Below the pieces are notes generated by a model. That model saw only the letters and a list, made by a program, of their open reading frames with translations. It made no database searches and was not told the origin of the DNA. Made by a program: the position numbers and the translations under genes. Positions 21,417-32,611 of a stretch of DNA of 64,000 nucleotides are shown piece by piece. Each line of letters opens with the position of its first letter. Position 1 is the stretch's first letter. The stretch is from positions 608,001-672,000 of the forward strand of contig CAXNJO010000001.1 of the NCBI GenBank assembly GCA_964202905.1, given 5' to 3'. Source of the stretch: Polyangiales bacterium. Lineage in GTDB: Bacteria; Myxococcota_A; Polyangia; Polyangiales; JADJQN01.

Positions 21417-22868
21417 TCACGGTTCCGGCATCGGCGGGCAACCATCGGTCACGGCTTCGAACGCGCGGTCGAGCGTCACCGACGCGGATCCGTCCGCGCT
21501 GAGACCGCCCGCGAGTACGCCGCCGACCCCCTGCGCGCCGCGGAGCCGCAGCACGCCCGCCGGGGCAGCGACCCGCGCAGCGAAGGCCACCGTCGGCCCG
21601 AGATCGACCGACCAGCGCTCCGTGTCTCCGCCGACGCAGCGTCCCGCGTCGCAGTCCGCGGAGCAGCACGCGGCGTCCGTGGTGCACGCCCGGCCGGCCT
21701 CGGCACACACGCCGCCGACCCAGAGGCGTGTCGCGGTGGGCCGCTCGGGCGCACCGAGCCGCAGCGGCGCCCGCGCGAGCACGGTGCCGCCGACGATCAC
21801 GTCGAGGCTCGCACCGGGATCGGGCACGAAGGCGATGGGCGCATCAGCGAGTATCGAACCCGATACAATGAGCGCGACCCGGCCGTGTGCGGCGATCGTG
21901 ATCGGTCCGCCCGCCTCGATGCGCGACAGGTGGTAGACGCCGCACGGGAGATCGACGCGGCCTGACGCGCCGGGGCCGGCGAGCACATCGGGTGAGAGGC
22001 CGGCGGCGAGGTCGTCGTTGCGCAGCGGGTCGCGGCGCGCGTCGACGGTGTCCTCGATGCCGAAGGGCTCGCAGCGGCATGGCTCCTCGCGCTCGACGGG
22101 CTCCTCGACGCAGGCGCCTGTGCGCAGCGAGGCCGGCAGCGCGCCGCAGCGCGACGGCACGTGGAGCGTCCCCGCGACGGTCACCGCGCCCGCCCCCGTC
22201 GGCAGCGTCTTGAGGTAGGCGTCGCGGCCCACGCCGACGGGCGCCCCCGCGGCGAGGCCCGCCGCCCGCAGATCGCGGCCGATCGTCGCGGGCGCGGTCG
22301 CGTCGAAGCCATCCGAGACGAGCACGTCTCCCCGCGCGTCGAGCGCCCCGTCCGCCCGGAGCGCCCCGTTTGCGCCGAGGGAGCCTCCGCTCGGATCGGG
22401 TGCCCCCGTGCGGCTGTCGAGCCCGTCGACCGTGAGCGAGCCCGTGGGCGCCACCGACACGTCTCCGCACGCGCAGATCGCGCGGTCGAAGGCCGCTGCG
22501 GCGAGGTCACCGAGGCATGCTTCGTCGCCCCCTTCGCCGACGCGGATCGGCGCGCCGCCCCCGACGCAGCGCGCGGGGAGCGGGCCCGTCGGGACCGACG
22601 GGAGGCAGTTCCCGGCGACGCAGCCCGTCCCCGCCGCGCAGGGCCGATTGCACGCGCCGCAGTGCGCGCCGCTCGTGAAGGGATCGACGCACGCGCTGCC
22701 GCAGCGCTCCGTCCACGCGGGGCAGCCGTCGCCGTCGTCGTCCCCAGCGTCCGCGCCCCCGTCCGCGCGTGGTCCCGCGGCGTCGCCGCTCTCACCGAGC
22801 AGCGACGGCGCCGAGCACGCCGTGGCATGCACGAGCAGCCACAGCGCGAGGGTGCGCGCCCGGTTCAA
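21417..22868 (-). CDS. Secreted/lipoprotein with one Cys-rich repeat and a beta-rich C-terminal domain
   Basis: TTG start overlapping the upstream stop (TTGA); hydrophobic N-terminus ending ATAC; CVDPFTSGAHCGAC repeat. Confidence 0.7.
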   Translation of the reverse strand: MNRARTLALWLLVHATACSAPSLLGESGDAAGPRADGGADAGDDDGDGCPAWTERCGSACVDPFTSGAHCGACNRPCAAGTGCVAGNCLPSVPTGPLPARCVGGGAPIRVGEGGDEACLGDLAAAAFDRAICACGDVSVAPTGSLTVDGLDSRTGAPDPSGGSLGANGALRADGALDARGDVLVSDGFDATAPATIGRDLRAAGLAAGAPVGVGRDAYLKTLPTGAGAVTVAGTLHVPSRCGALPASLRTGACVEEPVEREEPCRCEPFGIEDTVDARRDPLRNDDLAAGLSPDVLAGPGASGRVDLPCGVYHLSRIEAGGPITIAAHGRVALIVSGSILADAPIAFVPDPGASLDVIVGGTVLARAPLRLGAPERPTATRLWVGGVCAEAGRACTTDAACCSADCDAGRCVGGDTERWSVDLGPTVAFAARVAAPAGVLRLRGAQGVGGVLAGGLSADGSASVTLDRAFEAVTDGCPPMPEP

Positions 22869-23608
22869 GGCACGAGACCGCGTGCGCGGACGCGCCGCGC
22901 GTAGGACGACGTCGGCCAGCGTGACGCGAGCGCGGTGGCCCGGCGACGGGCCGCGTCGTCGCGACCGAGGGCCTCGAGCGCGTCGACGGCGATCATCTCG
23001 CGCTCGGGCGCGAGCATGCCGGCGGCGAAGTGCGCCGCGTGATCCTCGGCGAGGGCGAGGGCCCGCGCGGGATCGCTCGGGAGCGCGCGACGCGCCTCGA
23101 TCAGCAGGATGTGCTCGGCGTCGGCGTCGGCGCTGGGGTCGAGCCGTGGGGCGAGGGCGCGCGGGTGCGCGACTGGGTGGGACGCCGCGGGGTGCGCGCG
23201 GCCCGGCGCGACCTCGTTCGGCGCGACGTCGTGCGCGGGCGTCGGCGATGCGGGCAACGCCGTTGGCGGCAGCGCGGCCGGCGTCGGGGGCGCGGCCTGC
23301 GTCGAGGCCGCGGGCAGCGTCGCGGGCAGCTTTGCGGGCTGGGTCGCGTCGCCCGGCGCGAGCCCGCGGATCGCGGTGACCGTCATCGCCGCCCCGCCGA
23401 GGACAGCCAGCCCGGCGAGCCACCAGCCCTTCGCACCGCCGAGGGCCGAGCCGCGCGGGGCGGCCGCGGCGTCGGGGGGCAAGGCGCGGATCGCGTCCTC
23501 GACGCGGCGTGCGACGTCGGCGACCTCGGCCGGCCCGAGCACGTCGGCGCGCATCGCCTCGACGAGCGGGGAGAGGTCGTCGGGCAGCGTCTCGGGCGCG
23601 TCGCTCAT
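22865..23608 (-). CDS. Putative anti-sigma-like membrane protein with TPR-like C-terminus
   Basis: ATGA-coupled to the sigma gene; single TM (WWLAGLAVLGGAAM), Pro/Ala linker, EHILLIEARRAL...ALALAEDHAAHF..GMLAPERE helical domain. Confidence 0.65.
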   Translation of the reverse strand: MSDAPETLPDDLSPLVEAMRADVLGPAEVADVARRVEDAIRALPPDAAAAPRGSALGGAKGWWLAGLAVLGGAAMTVTAIRGLAPGDATQPAKLPATLPAASTQAAPPTPAALPPTALPASPTPAHDVAPNEVAPGRAHPAASHPVAHPRALAPRLDPSADADAEHILLIEARRALPSDPARALALAEDHAAHFAAGMLAPEREMIAVDALEALGRDDAARRRATALASRWPTSSYARRVRARGLVP

Positions 23609-24212
23609 GGCCCCTCCCCCCGCGTGCGGGCGCGCGCCGCGGCGCGGGTCAGCCCCTCGCGGGCGAGGCGCAGGCGCGAATAGCCCGTTTTCAGCGGGAT
23701 TCCGAGGCCCCGCGGTGATCTCGGCCATCGTCAGCTCCTCGACGTCGTGCAGCACGAAGACCTCGCGTTGTTCGTCCGGAGATCGTCGCGAGGAGGCGCA
23801 GCGCGACGCGCCTGCCGATCGCGGCTGCTCGAGCGCCTGCTGCTGGGCGGGCGCGCACGGCGTCTCCGGGACAGCTCCTCCGTCGGGATCTCCGGGCGTC
23901 GCCGCGCGGTGCGCCGCACGTTGCGGGCGACGTTGACGGCGATGGCGTAGAGCCACGGGCGCGCGGTGCGCCGTCGTCCCGGAGGTCCGCGTGTCTCCGC
24001 GCCACGACCACGAACACCTCCTGACACGCGTCCGGCAGCTCCCGCTCCGGGACGCCCAGATAGCGGAGCGCCCGACCGACGTACGCCGCGTGCTCGGAGA
24101 GCAGACCACGCAGCCATGCGCTCCGTGCGTCGTCCATCCGTCGTTCGTCGCCGTCCTCCATGGAGAAGGTCCGGACCGTGGGCCAGTTCTCACCTTTCGT
24201 CGCGGCGCTCAT
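23605..24212 (-). CDS. ECF RNA polymerase sigma factor (about 3 apparent frameshifts; alternative start at 24161)
   Basis: Region 2: YVGRALRYLGV..RELPDACQEVFVVV, PWLYAIAVNVARN; region 4: EQREVFVLHDVEELTMAEI..LGIPLKTGYSRLRLAR, spread over different frames. Confidence 0.85.
24169..24192 (-). promoter_or_regulatory. Putative ECF sigma autoregulatory promoter TGAGAAC-N12-CGGAC (copy 2)
   Basis: Lies 7 nt upstream of the in-frame ATG at 24161 of the sigma gene; matches 21385-21408. Confidence 0.55.
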
Positions 24213-25267
24213 CGAATCGCGAGCGGGAGCGCGAGCGTCGCGACGGGCACGACGGGCCACGGGTCGTGCAGGACCACGTCCTCGTCGCCGACGCGCGCGT
24301 AGAACACGGGACGCAGGAGCGGCACCATCACGCCGACGCGCACGGCAGCCGACAGCCCCGCGCCGAGCGGGACGTGCAGCTCGAGCGCGGCCTCGACGTC
24401 GATCCACGGCTCGAACTGCTCGTAGACGCGCGCGAGCCCTGCGCCGCGGCCCCGGATCGCCGCCGCGCCGACCGCGACGCAGCCGCCGAGCGTGAGGCGT
24501 ATGGGGTCTGCAGACCCCGGCGCGCAGACGCCCAACGCGCCGCGAAATGCGGAGAAATCGCCGCCCGGCGCGCCGCTCGCGCGCGCGAGGGGCAGCACGG
24601 AGAGCGTGAGCGTCAGCGCGAACGCGCGGGGTGGGCCGAACCGCCCGCCGAGCTCGGCGAGGAAGGCGGCGCCGGGGAGCATGCCGACGCCGACGCCGAG
24701 TGCAGGCACCAGCTGCGCGGCCCAGCGTGTCGCGGCGGCGCGGTCGTCGCGTGCCGCGCGCGTCGTCGTCGCGTCGCGCCGCGTCGCGGCCGGCGTCGGC
24801 GCTGCGGGGGTCTCGGCGGCGGTGGTCACGTCGAGCGTCGGCGTGCGCTCGCGGTCGTCGAGCAGCATGGCGACGACGACGGAGAGCGGCCCGGCGATTG
24901 CCGCGCAGCGCCGCCCCTCGTGGACGACGTCGCGCGTGTCCTGCGGCGCGCCCTCTTCGACGAGCGTGACCGTCGCGCGCGTACGCCGTTCGTCGCGGGC
25001 GACCTCGACGCGCACCTGCACTCGGCTCGCCCCGCTGCGGATCACGTCGCGGCCGAGGATGCCCTCCACGCGCGCGGCGAGGCCGTGGGCGTCCACGCAG
25101 CCAACGGCGTCACCCGCCGCAGCGACCTCGAGCGTCGCGTGGAGCGGCTCGCCCTCCTGTGCGTGCGCGCTCGACGTGCCGACCAGCGCGCCGACGAGGC
25201 CCGTCGCAACGAGAACCGCGATGGGCGATTTGATTCGGCCGCGTGTCTCGTGACGCCGTCTGTGCAT
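24209..25267 (-). CDS. Secreted protein with probable C-terminal outer-membrane beta-barrel-like region
   Basis: Signal peptide ending SSAHA; N-domain with two Cys (GCVD...RRCAAI); alternating hydrophobic beta-strand pattern in the C-terminal half. Confidence 0.6.
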   Translation of the reverse strand: MHRRRHETRGRIKSPIAVLVATGLVGALVGTSSAHAQEGEPLHATLEVAAAGDAVGCVDAHGLAARVEGILGRDVIRSGASRVQVRVEVARDERRTRATVTLVEEGAPQDTRDVVHEGRRCAAIAGPLSVVVAMLLDDRERTPTLDVTTAAETPAAPTPAATRRDATTTRAARDDRAAATRWAAQLVPALGVGVGMLPGAAFLAELGGRFGPPRAFALTLTLSVLPLARASGAPGGDFSAFRGALGVCAPGSADPIRLTLGGCVAVGAAAIRGRGAGLARVYEQFEPWIDVEAALELHVPLGAGLSAAVRVGVMVPLLRPVFYARVGDEDVVLHDPWPVVPVATLALPLAIR

Positions 25268-25314
25268 GTGGCGGTGTCGCCGGGGAGCGTGCGCCGACAC
25301 GTCGCGCGCGGTGT

Positions 25315-26553
25315 TCACTGAGCTGTGGGGCCCGGCGCGGGGGCTGCGGGGGCGGCGCCGCCCGTCGCGTCGATCAGGTCCTCGAAGATCAGCGATGCCG
25401 ACAGCGCGACGAGCTCCACCTGCAGCGACGCGAGCGAGGAGTCGACGTCCCGGCGGGCTGACTCGAGGCGACGCACCAGCGAGCCGACGTCGAGCGCCAG
25501 GAGATCGAGCGTGGCCTTGCCGCCGGGGTTCCAGAGCCACCAACCCGCGCCCCGTGCGTAGAGTCGGATCGGGGGTGCGGCGCGCGTCGCGTGATCGGGC
25601 GCATCGACCCAGCGCACGGCCTCGACGTAGGAGGCGTCGTAGGCCGCGAGCGTGGCGGCGTCGTTCGTGAGGAGGAGCTGCACGAAGTGTCCCGCCGTTG
25701 CCGGGCGGGCGGCGACGACGAGCGTGTCGCGCAGCAGCGCGCGGCCGAACGCGTGCTCGACGAGGAGCGCGCGCCGCACGTCGAGCGCGTCGGCAGCGAG
25801 GGGCTGCGTCACGTCGCGGAGCGCGTCGAGGAGGGGCAGCAGCGTCGCGCGGACCGCCGCCGGAGGGCGCGCCGCGCCGAGCCCCGCGACGAGGACGCGG
25901 ACGTGCGAGGTCGTGAAGTTCGAGAACGCGGCGGCGGCGCCGAAGCCGTGGCCGCTCGTGCTGAAGTCGCGCGAGGCCCGCAGCAGGGCGCGCGCGCGCG
26001 TCAAGGCGCCTACCCAGTCGCCGCGCAGGGCGGCGTCGAGGTTCGCGAGCGCCGCGATGCGCACGAGCGTGATCGACTTCACGATATCGCAATCGGATTG
26101 CATGTCGCCGCACGGGTCGGCGAAGCGCGGGGCCGCGAGCGCGGCGTCGACGGAGGCGAGCTCCCCGCGCCGCGCGTCGCGCGTCGAGGGCTCGGCGAAG
26201 TACGCGCGGACGTCGGCGCGTGCGGCCTCGGCGGCTCTCCAGCGCTCCCGCGCCTGCGCGCCGCCCCCCGTGACGTCCTTCGCGGCGAGCGGACCGACGA
26301 GATCGTCGAGCGCCTCCGGGAGCCGCTCGGGCGCCCACGCGTGCCCCATCACGATCTCGTCGAGTCCGTTCTCAGCGAGCGATGCCGGATGCGGAGCGAT
26401 CGTCGCGGGCCACGGCGACGGTGGCGGCGTGCGGCCCGCGAGGCGGTGCGCGGCGAGCCACGACAGCGGCAGCGCGCCGACGAGCGCGACCGCGACGAGC
26501 AGCCAAGGCCAGCGTCGCCGCAAAAACGGTGCGTCCTCGCTCATCGGCATCAT
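25315..26553 (-). CDS. Hypothetical membrane-anchored helical protein
   Basis: 412-aa ORF with N-terminal RRRWPWLLVAVALVGALPL anchor; no family recognised. Confidence 0.6.
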   Translation of the reverse strand: MMPMSEDAPFLRRRWPWLLVAVALVGALPLSWLAAHRLAGRTPPPSPWPATIAPHPASLAENGLDEIVMGHAWAPERLPEALDDLVGPLAAKDVTGGGAQARERWRAAEAARADVRAYFAEPSTRDARRGELASVDAALAAPRFADPCGDMQSDCDIVKSITLVRIAALANLDAALRGDWVGALTRARALLRASRDFSTSGHGFGAAAAFSNFTTSHVRVLVAGLGAARPPAAVRATLLPLLDALRDVTQPLAADALDVRRALLVEHAFGRALLRDTLVVAARPATAGHFVQLLLTNDAATLAAYDASYVEAVRWVDAPDHATRAAPPIRLYARGAGWWLWNPGGKATLDLLALDVGSLVRRLESARRDVDSSLASLQVELVALSASLIFEDLIDATGGAAPAAPAPGPTAQ

Positions 26554-26614
26554 GTTTTGTGTATGGGGAGGGGCGCGGTGACTCGCGCGCGATGGCGCAC
26601 GGCCCCGAGAACGA

Positions 26615-27883
26615 TCACGTGCGCTTGACGGTCGTGCCGCGCGGGACGACCGTCACACCGCGCTCGCTCACGCTGAAGCCCCGCTTCGCGTCGACCTCCG
26701 GGTCGAAGCCGAGCTCCGCGCCCTCCTCGACCGTGACGCCCTTGTCGAGGATCGCGCGGCGGATGCGCGCGTGCCGCCCGACGACCACGCCCTCGAGCAC
26801 GACGCTCTCTTCGATGAACGCGTAGCTGTTCACGCGGACGCGCGGCGCGAGCACCGTGCGGTGCAGCCGCCCGCCCGAGACGATGCAGCCGTTCGTGACC
26901 AGCGAGTCGGTCGCGAGCCCCACGCGGTTGCCGCTCGGGTCGCTGAACACGAACTTCGCGGGCGGATCGTGCGAGAGCCCGGTGCGGATGATCCAGTCCG
27001 GGTTGTAGAGCGAGAAGCGCGGCGTGATCTCGACGAGGTCCATCTGCGACTCCCAGTAGGAGTCGATGGTCCCGATGTCGCGCCAGTAGCCGCGGTTCCA
27101 CTCCGTCTGGCCGGGGACGAGGTTCGTCGCGAAATCGTAGGCGTAGACGGGGTGCCCCTCGGCGACCATCGTCGGCACGATGTTCTTGCCGAAGTCGTGG
27201 CTCGTCTCGGCCTCCGCGTCGCGCCGCACCTCCTCGACGAGGGTCGCGGCGTCGAAGACGTAGTTGCCCATCGAGGCGAGGCAGTAGCCCGGGCGGCCCG
27301 GCATTTCCGGGGGATCCGGCACCTTCTCGAGGAACTCGAGCACGCGCCCGTGCTCGTCCGTCTTGATCACGCCGAAGTCGACGGCCTCCTTTTTGGGGAC
27401 GGGGATGGCCGCGACGGTGAGCTTCGCGCCGCGCTGCAGGTGGAAGTCGATCATCTGGCGCACGTCCATCGTGTAGACGTGGTCGCCGCCGAACACGCAG
27501 ACGTGCGTGGGCCGCTCGTCGTTGATGACGTTCATCGACTGGAACACGGCGTCCGCCGAGCCCTTGAACCAGTCCTTGCCGGTGCGCTGCTGCGCGGGGA
27601 CCGTCTCGATGTACTGGTCGAGGATCGCGCTCATCCGCCAGGCGCGCGCGATGTGCTGCTCGAGCGAGTGCGACTTGTACTGCGTGAGGACCTTGATCTT
27701 CGTGAGGCCGCTGTTCACGAAGTTCGAGAGGACGATGTCGATGATCCGGTAGCGGCCACCGAAGGGCACGGCGGGCTTCGCGCGCTCGTCGGTCAGACAG
27801 CCGAGGCGCCGACCCTCGCCGCCGGCGAGGATGAGCGAGAGGACGCGGACGGCTCGTCCGTGCGAGTCGTAGGTCGGGGGCAT
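26615..27883 (-). CDS. glgC: Glucose-1-phosphate adenylyltransferase
   Basis: ILAGGEGRRL, RAKPAVPFGGRYRIID, WFKGSADAV, GGDHVY, ASMGNYVF, YWRDIGTIDSY. Confidence 0.96.
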   Translation of the reverse strand: MPPTYDSHGRAVRVLSLILAGGEGRRLGCLTDERAKPAVPFGGRYRIIDIVLSNFVNSGLTKIKVLTQYKSHSLEQHIARAWRMSAILDQYIETVPAQQRTGKDWFKGSADAVFQSMNVINDERPTHVCVFGGDHVYTMDVRQMIDFHLQRGAKLTVAAIPVPKKEAVDFGVIKTDEHGRVLEFLEKVPDPPEMPGRPGYCLASMGNYVFDAATLVEEVRRDAEAETSHDFGKNIVPTMVAEGHPVYAYDFATNLVPGQTEWNRGYWRDIGTIDSYWESQMDLVEITPRFSLYNPDWIIRTGLSHDPPAKFVFSDPSGNRVGLATDSLVTNGCIVSGGRLHRTVLAPRVRVNSYAFIEESVVLEGVVVGRHARIRRAILDKGVTVEEGAELGFDPEVDAKRGFSVSERGVTVVPRGTTVKRT

Positions 27884-27927
27884 GGCGTTCTCGGTGCTCC
27901 CGGCGTCGCGGGAGCGGCTGCAGGCGT

Positions 27928-29470
27928 TCAGTGCGGAATGAGGCCGCCGAACCAGGCCGCCGCGCCCGCTCCCGCGAGCACGACGAGCGCGAGCACGGCG
28001 ATCCCCACGAGGTGGGAGCTGCCCTTCGCGGGCGGCGCGGCGGGCTGCGTCGGTGTCCTCGCCGGTGCCGGCACGGACGCGGGCCTGGCGACGGGCTGAA
28101 GGCCGGGGGCCGCGCCGGGTTGTGAGGCGCGGGCCGGCGGGGTGAACGAGGGCTGGGGCGCGGACGTGCGCGCGGGCGGGAGCGACGCGCGCTCGGGGGC
28201 CGACGCGGCGGGGCGCTCCTCGGCCTCGAGCATGCTCGCGAGGTCGCCGGCGCCCTCGTGCGGCGACTCCATGCCGCTCTCGCGCCAGCCGGGCGTCGAT
28301 TTGCGGGCCGCGAGCTCGGCGCCGCCGACCGCGGCCGCGACCTCTTCGTCGTTGGAGAACCAGTCGGCGGGGTTCTCGAAGCCGCCGCCATCGCCGAGAT
28401 CGAGGGGCTTCGCGCCTTCGACGTCGTCGGGGCTGAGCGGCGCGGCGCCGCCCGCGAGCGGGAGCGCCGGCGATCTCCTCGAGCGACGTGAAGCGGAGCA
28501 GCTCTTCCTGGATGAGCCGGTCGATGATCGACGGATCGACCTTGGGTTTCTCGGTCTTGCGGTCGCTGACGACGCTGCCGACGAGCGCGGCGATGTCGTA
28601 CGACGTGACCTTCATCTGGTGGCCGAAGAGGTAGCCCGCGAGCGCGTCGCCGAGGTCGCGCGCGCTCTGGAAGCGCTCACGCGGGTCACGCGCGAGGGAC
28701 CTCGCGAGCACCGCCTCGAAGGCCGCGTCGGCCTCGGGGTTGAGGGTCTGCAGCGACGGCACGCTGGCCTCCTGAACCATCTTCACCGTCTCGAAGTCCG
28801 ACTCGCCGAGGAAGAGGCGCCGGCCCGCGATCATCTCCCAGAGCACGATGCCGAGCGCGAAGACGTCGGTGCGGGCGTCGACCTGCTCGCCGAGCGCGGC
28901 CTCGGGCGAGAGGTAGCTGAACTTGCCCTTCACGACGCCCGGGTCCGTCTTCTCGAGCTGCGTCGAGGCGCGCGCGAGGCCGAAATCGGCCACTTTCACC
29001 TCGCCGCGCCGCGTGATCATGATGTTCGGCGGCGAGACGTCGCGGTGCACGATGCCGAGGTCCGTGCCGTCGTCGTCCTGCAATTCGTGGGCGTAGGAGA
29101 GCCCGCGGCAGGCCTCCATGCAGATGTAGATGGCGGCCTTCACCGGGAAGCGGCGACCCTGCTTGCGCAGCGACTCCATGATCGTCTTCAGGTTGGCCCC
29201 GTCGACGAACTCCATGACGATGAAGAACGTGTTGTCCGCCGCGCCGATGTCGAAGACGGAGACGATGTTCGCGTGGTTGAGCCGCGCACCGAGCCGGGCC
29301 TCGTCGAGGAACATCGAGATGAACCGCTTGTTCTGCGCGAGGTGCGGGAGAACGCGCTTGATCGCGACGCGCTTCTTGAACCCCTGCGCGCCCGTCGCTT
29401 CGCCGACGAAGACTTCCGCCATGCCGCCGGCTTCGAGGCGCTCGATGACGCGGTATCGCTGTTCGGCCAT
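27928..29470 (-). CDS. Hanks-type Ser/Thr protein kinase with C-terminal TM (frameshift near 28470)
   Basis: GGMAEVF, VAIKRV, HRDVSPPNI, DFGLA, YLSPE, DVFALG; the TM-containing tail is in the 27928-28272 frame. Confidence 0.9.
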
Positions 29471-29654
29471 GGGTCGGGCGGTCGCTCGCTCGGCCCCGCG
29501 CGGCGCTCGCAAGATGGCGAGGCGACGACGGATAACCGCGAGTGCGGATTGTGTGGGATCACGCCCTTCGCGGTCAAGAAGTGCGGCATGCCCGAGCCAT
29601 GCCCCGCGGCGCCGCACTCGACGTGTCCGCGTGCGCCCGTATGCTCGCGCGGCC

Positions 29655-30443
29655 ATGCGTCGAACCACCCGTCTCCGCGCGCGCCGCGCGTCGCTCCTCG
29701 CCGTCGTCCTCGCCTCGCTCGCCGCGTCCTGCGCCGCCCGTGAGCCGAGCTTCGCGCCGCCGCCGCCGTCCTCGCCGTCGCCGTCGCCTGCGGCGGTACA
29801 GCGTCCCCCTGCGCCGCCGTCGCCGCTGCCTTCGCCCGCGCGCGCTGCGGCCCCCGAGGGGGCTCCCGTCGATCCGCGCCTGCTCCCCGAGGGGGACGGC
29901 CTCCCGCCGCCCGCGCCCGCGACCTACACCGTGCGCCTCGACACGACGAAGGGCCCGGTGCTCATCGACGTGACGCGCGCCTGGGCGCCGCACGGCGCCG
30001 ATCGCTTCCACGACCTCGTGCGCCGCGGCGCCTACGACGACAACGCCTTCTTCCGCGCGGTCGCGGACTTCATGGTGCAGGTCGGGATCCCGGGTGATCC
30101 GCGCGTGTCGGCGGCCTGGCGCACGCGGCACATCCCGGACGATGCGCCCGTCGAGCACAACACGCGGGGCACGGTGACGTTCGCCACGAGCGGCCCCGAC
30201 CAGCGCGTGAACCAGTTCTTCATCAACCTCGTCGACAACACGCGCCTCGACGCGATGGGTTTCGCGCCCATCGGTCGCGTGCGCGACATGGCGGCGATCG
30301 ACGCGCTCCACACGGGCTACGGGGAGGGCGCGCCGCAGGGGCGCGGCCCGTCGCAGGCGCGCATCCAGCGCGAGGGCAACGCGTATCTCCGCGCGGCGTT
30401 CCCCGAGCTCGACTACCTGCGCACCGCGCGCCTCGAGCCCTGA
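29655..30443 (+). CDS. Cyclophilin-type peptidyl-prolyl isomerase lipoprotein
   Basis: Signal ending AASC; TTKGPV, WAPHGADRF, FFRAVADFMVQ, NTRGTVTFA, QFFINL. Confidence 0.88.
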   Translation: MRRTTRLRARRASLLAVVLASLAASCAAREPSFAPPPPSSPSPSPAAVQRPPAPPSPLPSPARAAAPEGAPVDPRLLPEGDGLPPPAPATYTVRLDTTKGPVLIDVTRAWAPHGADRFHDLVRRGAYDDNAFFRAVADFMVQVGIPGDPRVSAAWRTRHIPDDAPVEHNTRGTVTFATSGPDQRVNQFFINLVDNTRLDAMGFAPIGRVRDMAAIDALHTGYGEGAPQGRGPSQARIQREGNAYLRAAFPELDYLRTARLEP

Positions 30444-30514
30444 TCGCGCCGTCGCCGCCCAAGCCCCGTCGCGACACGTCCGCGCGGTTGACAGTGCGCG
30501 CGGGCGCGGGTTAG

Positions 30515-31206
30515 GTGCCCACCGTGCCGCGCAGCCCGAACGCCGTCCGCATCGCGCCCTCGATCCTCAGCGCGGATTTCGGCCGGCTCGCCGACGAGGT
30601 GCGCGCGGTCGAGGCCGCCGGCGCCGACTGGATCCACGTCGACGTGATGGACGGGCGCTTCGTCCCCAACATCACGATCGGCCCGCTCGTCGTCGCGGCG
30701 CTGCGGCGCGTGACGCGGCTCCCGCTCGACTGCCACCTCATGATCGTCGAGCCCGAGCGCTACGTGGAGGCCTTCGCCGAGGCCGGCGCCGACGGCATCA
30801 CCGTGCACGCCGAGGCCTGCACGCACCTGCACCGCGTCGTCCAGCAGATCCGCGGTCTCGGCAAGCGCGCGGGCGTCTCGCTCAACCCGCACACGCCGGA
30901 AGAGTCGCTGCGCTACGTGCTGCCCTCGCTCGATCTCGTGCTCCTGATGAGCGTGAACCCGGGCTTCGGCGGGCAGGAGTTCCTGCCCGAGGTGCTGCCG
31001 AAGATCGCATCGCTCCGCGCGCAGATCGACGCGCTCGGTCTTGCAACCGACTTGCAGGTAGACGGCGGCATCAAACCCGGCACGGCCGCGCGCGTCTGCG
31101 AGGCGGGGGCCGATTCGCTGGTCGCGGGCAACGCCGTCTTCAAGGCGCCCGCGGGCTACGCCGCGGCGATCGGGGCGCTGCGTGCCGATGCGGGAGGGGC
31201 GACCGC

Positions 31207-31210
<4 letters not shown>
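30515..31210 (+). CDS. rpe: Ribulose-phosphate 3-epimerase
   Basis: [37 protein letters not shown]. Confidence 0.96.
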
Positions 31211-32592
<1,382 letters not shown>

Positions 32593-32611
32593 CTTGCTAG
32601 GCTGCGCGCCC

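Noticed and set aside
26615..29668. Apparent 1017-aa kinase-GlgC fusion in the ORF track
   Set aside because: Caused by the frameshift near 28470; the kinase's TM tail ends at 27928 in another frame and glgC has its own ATG at 27883
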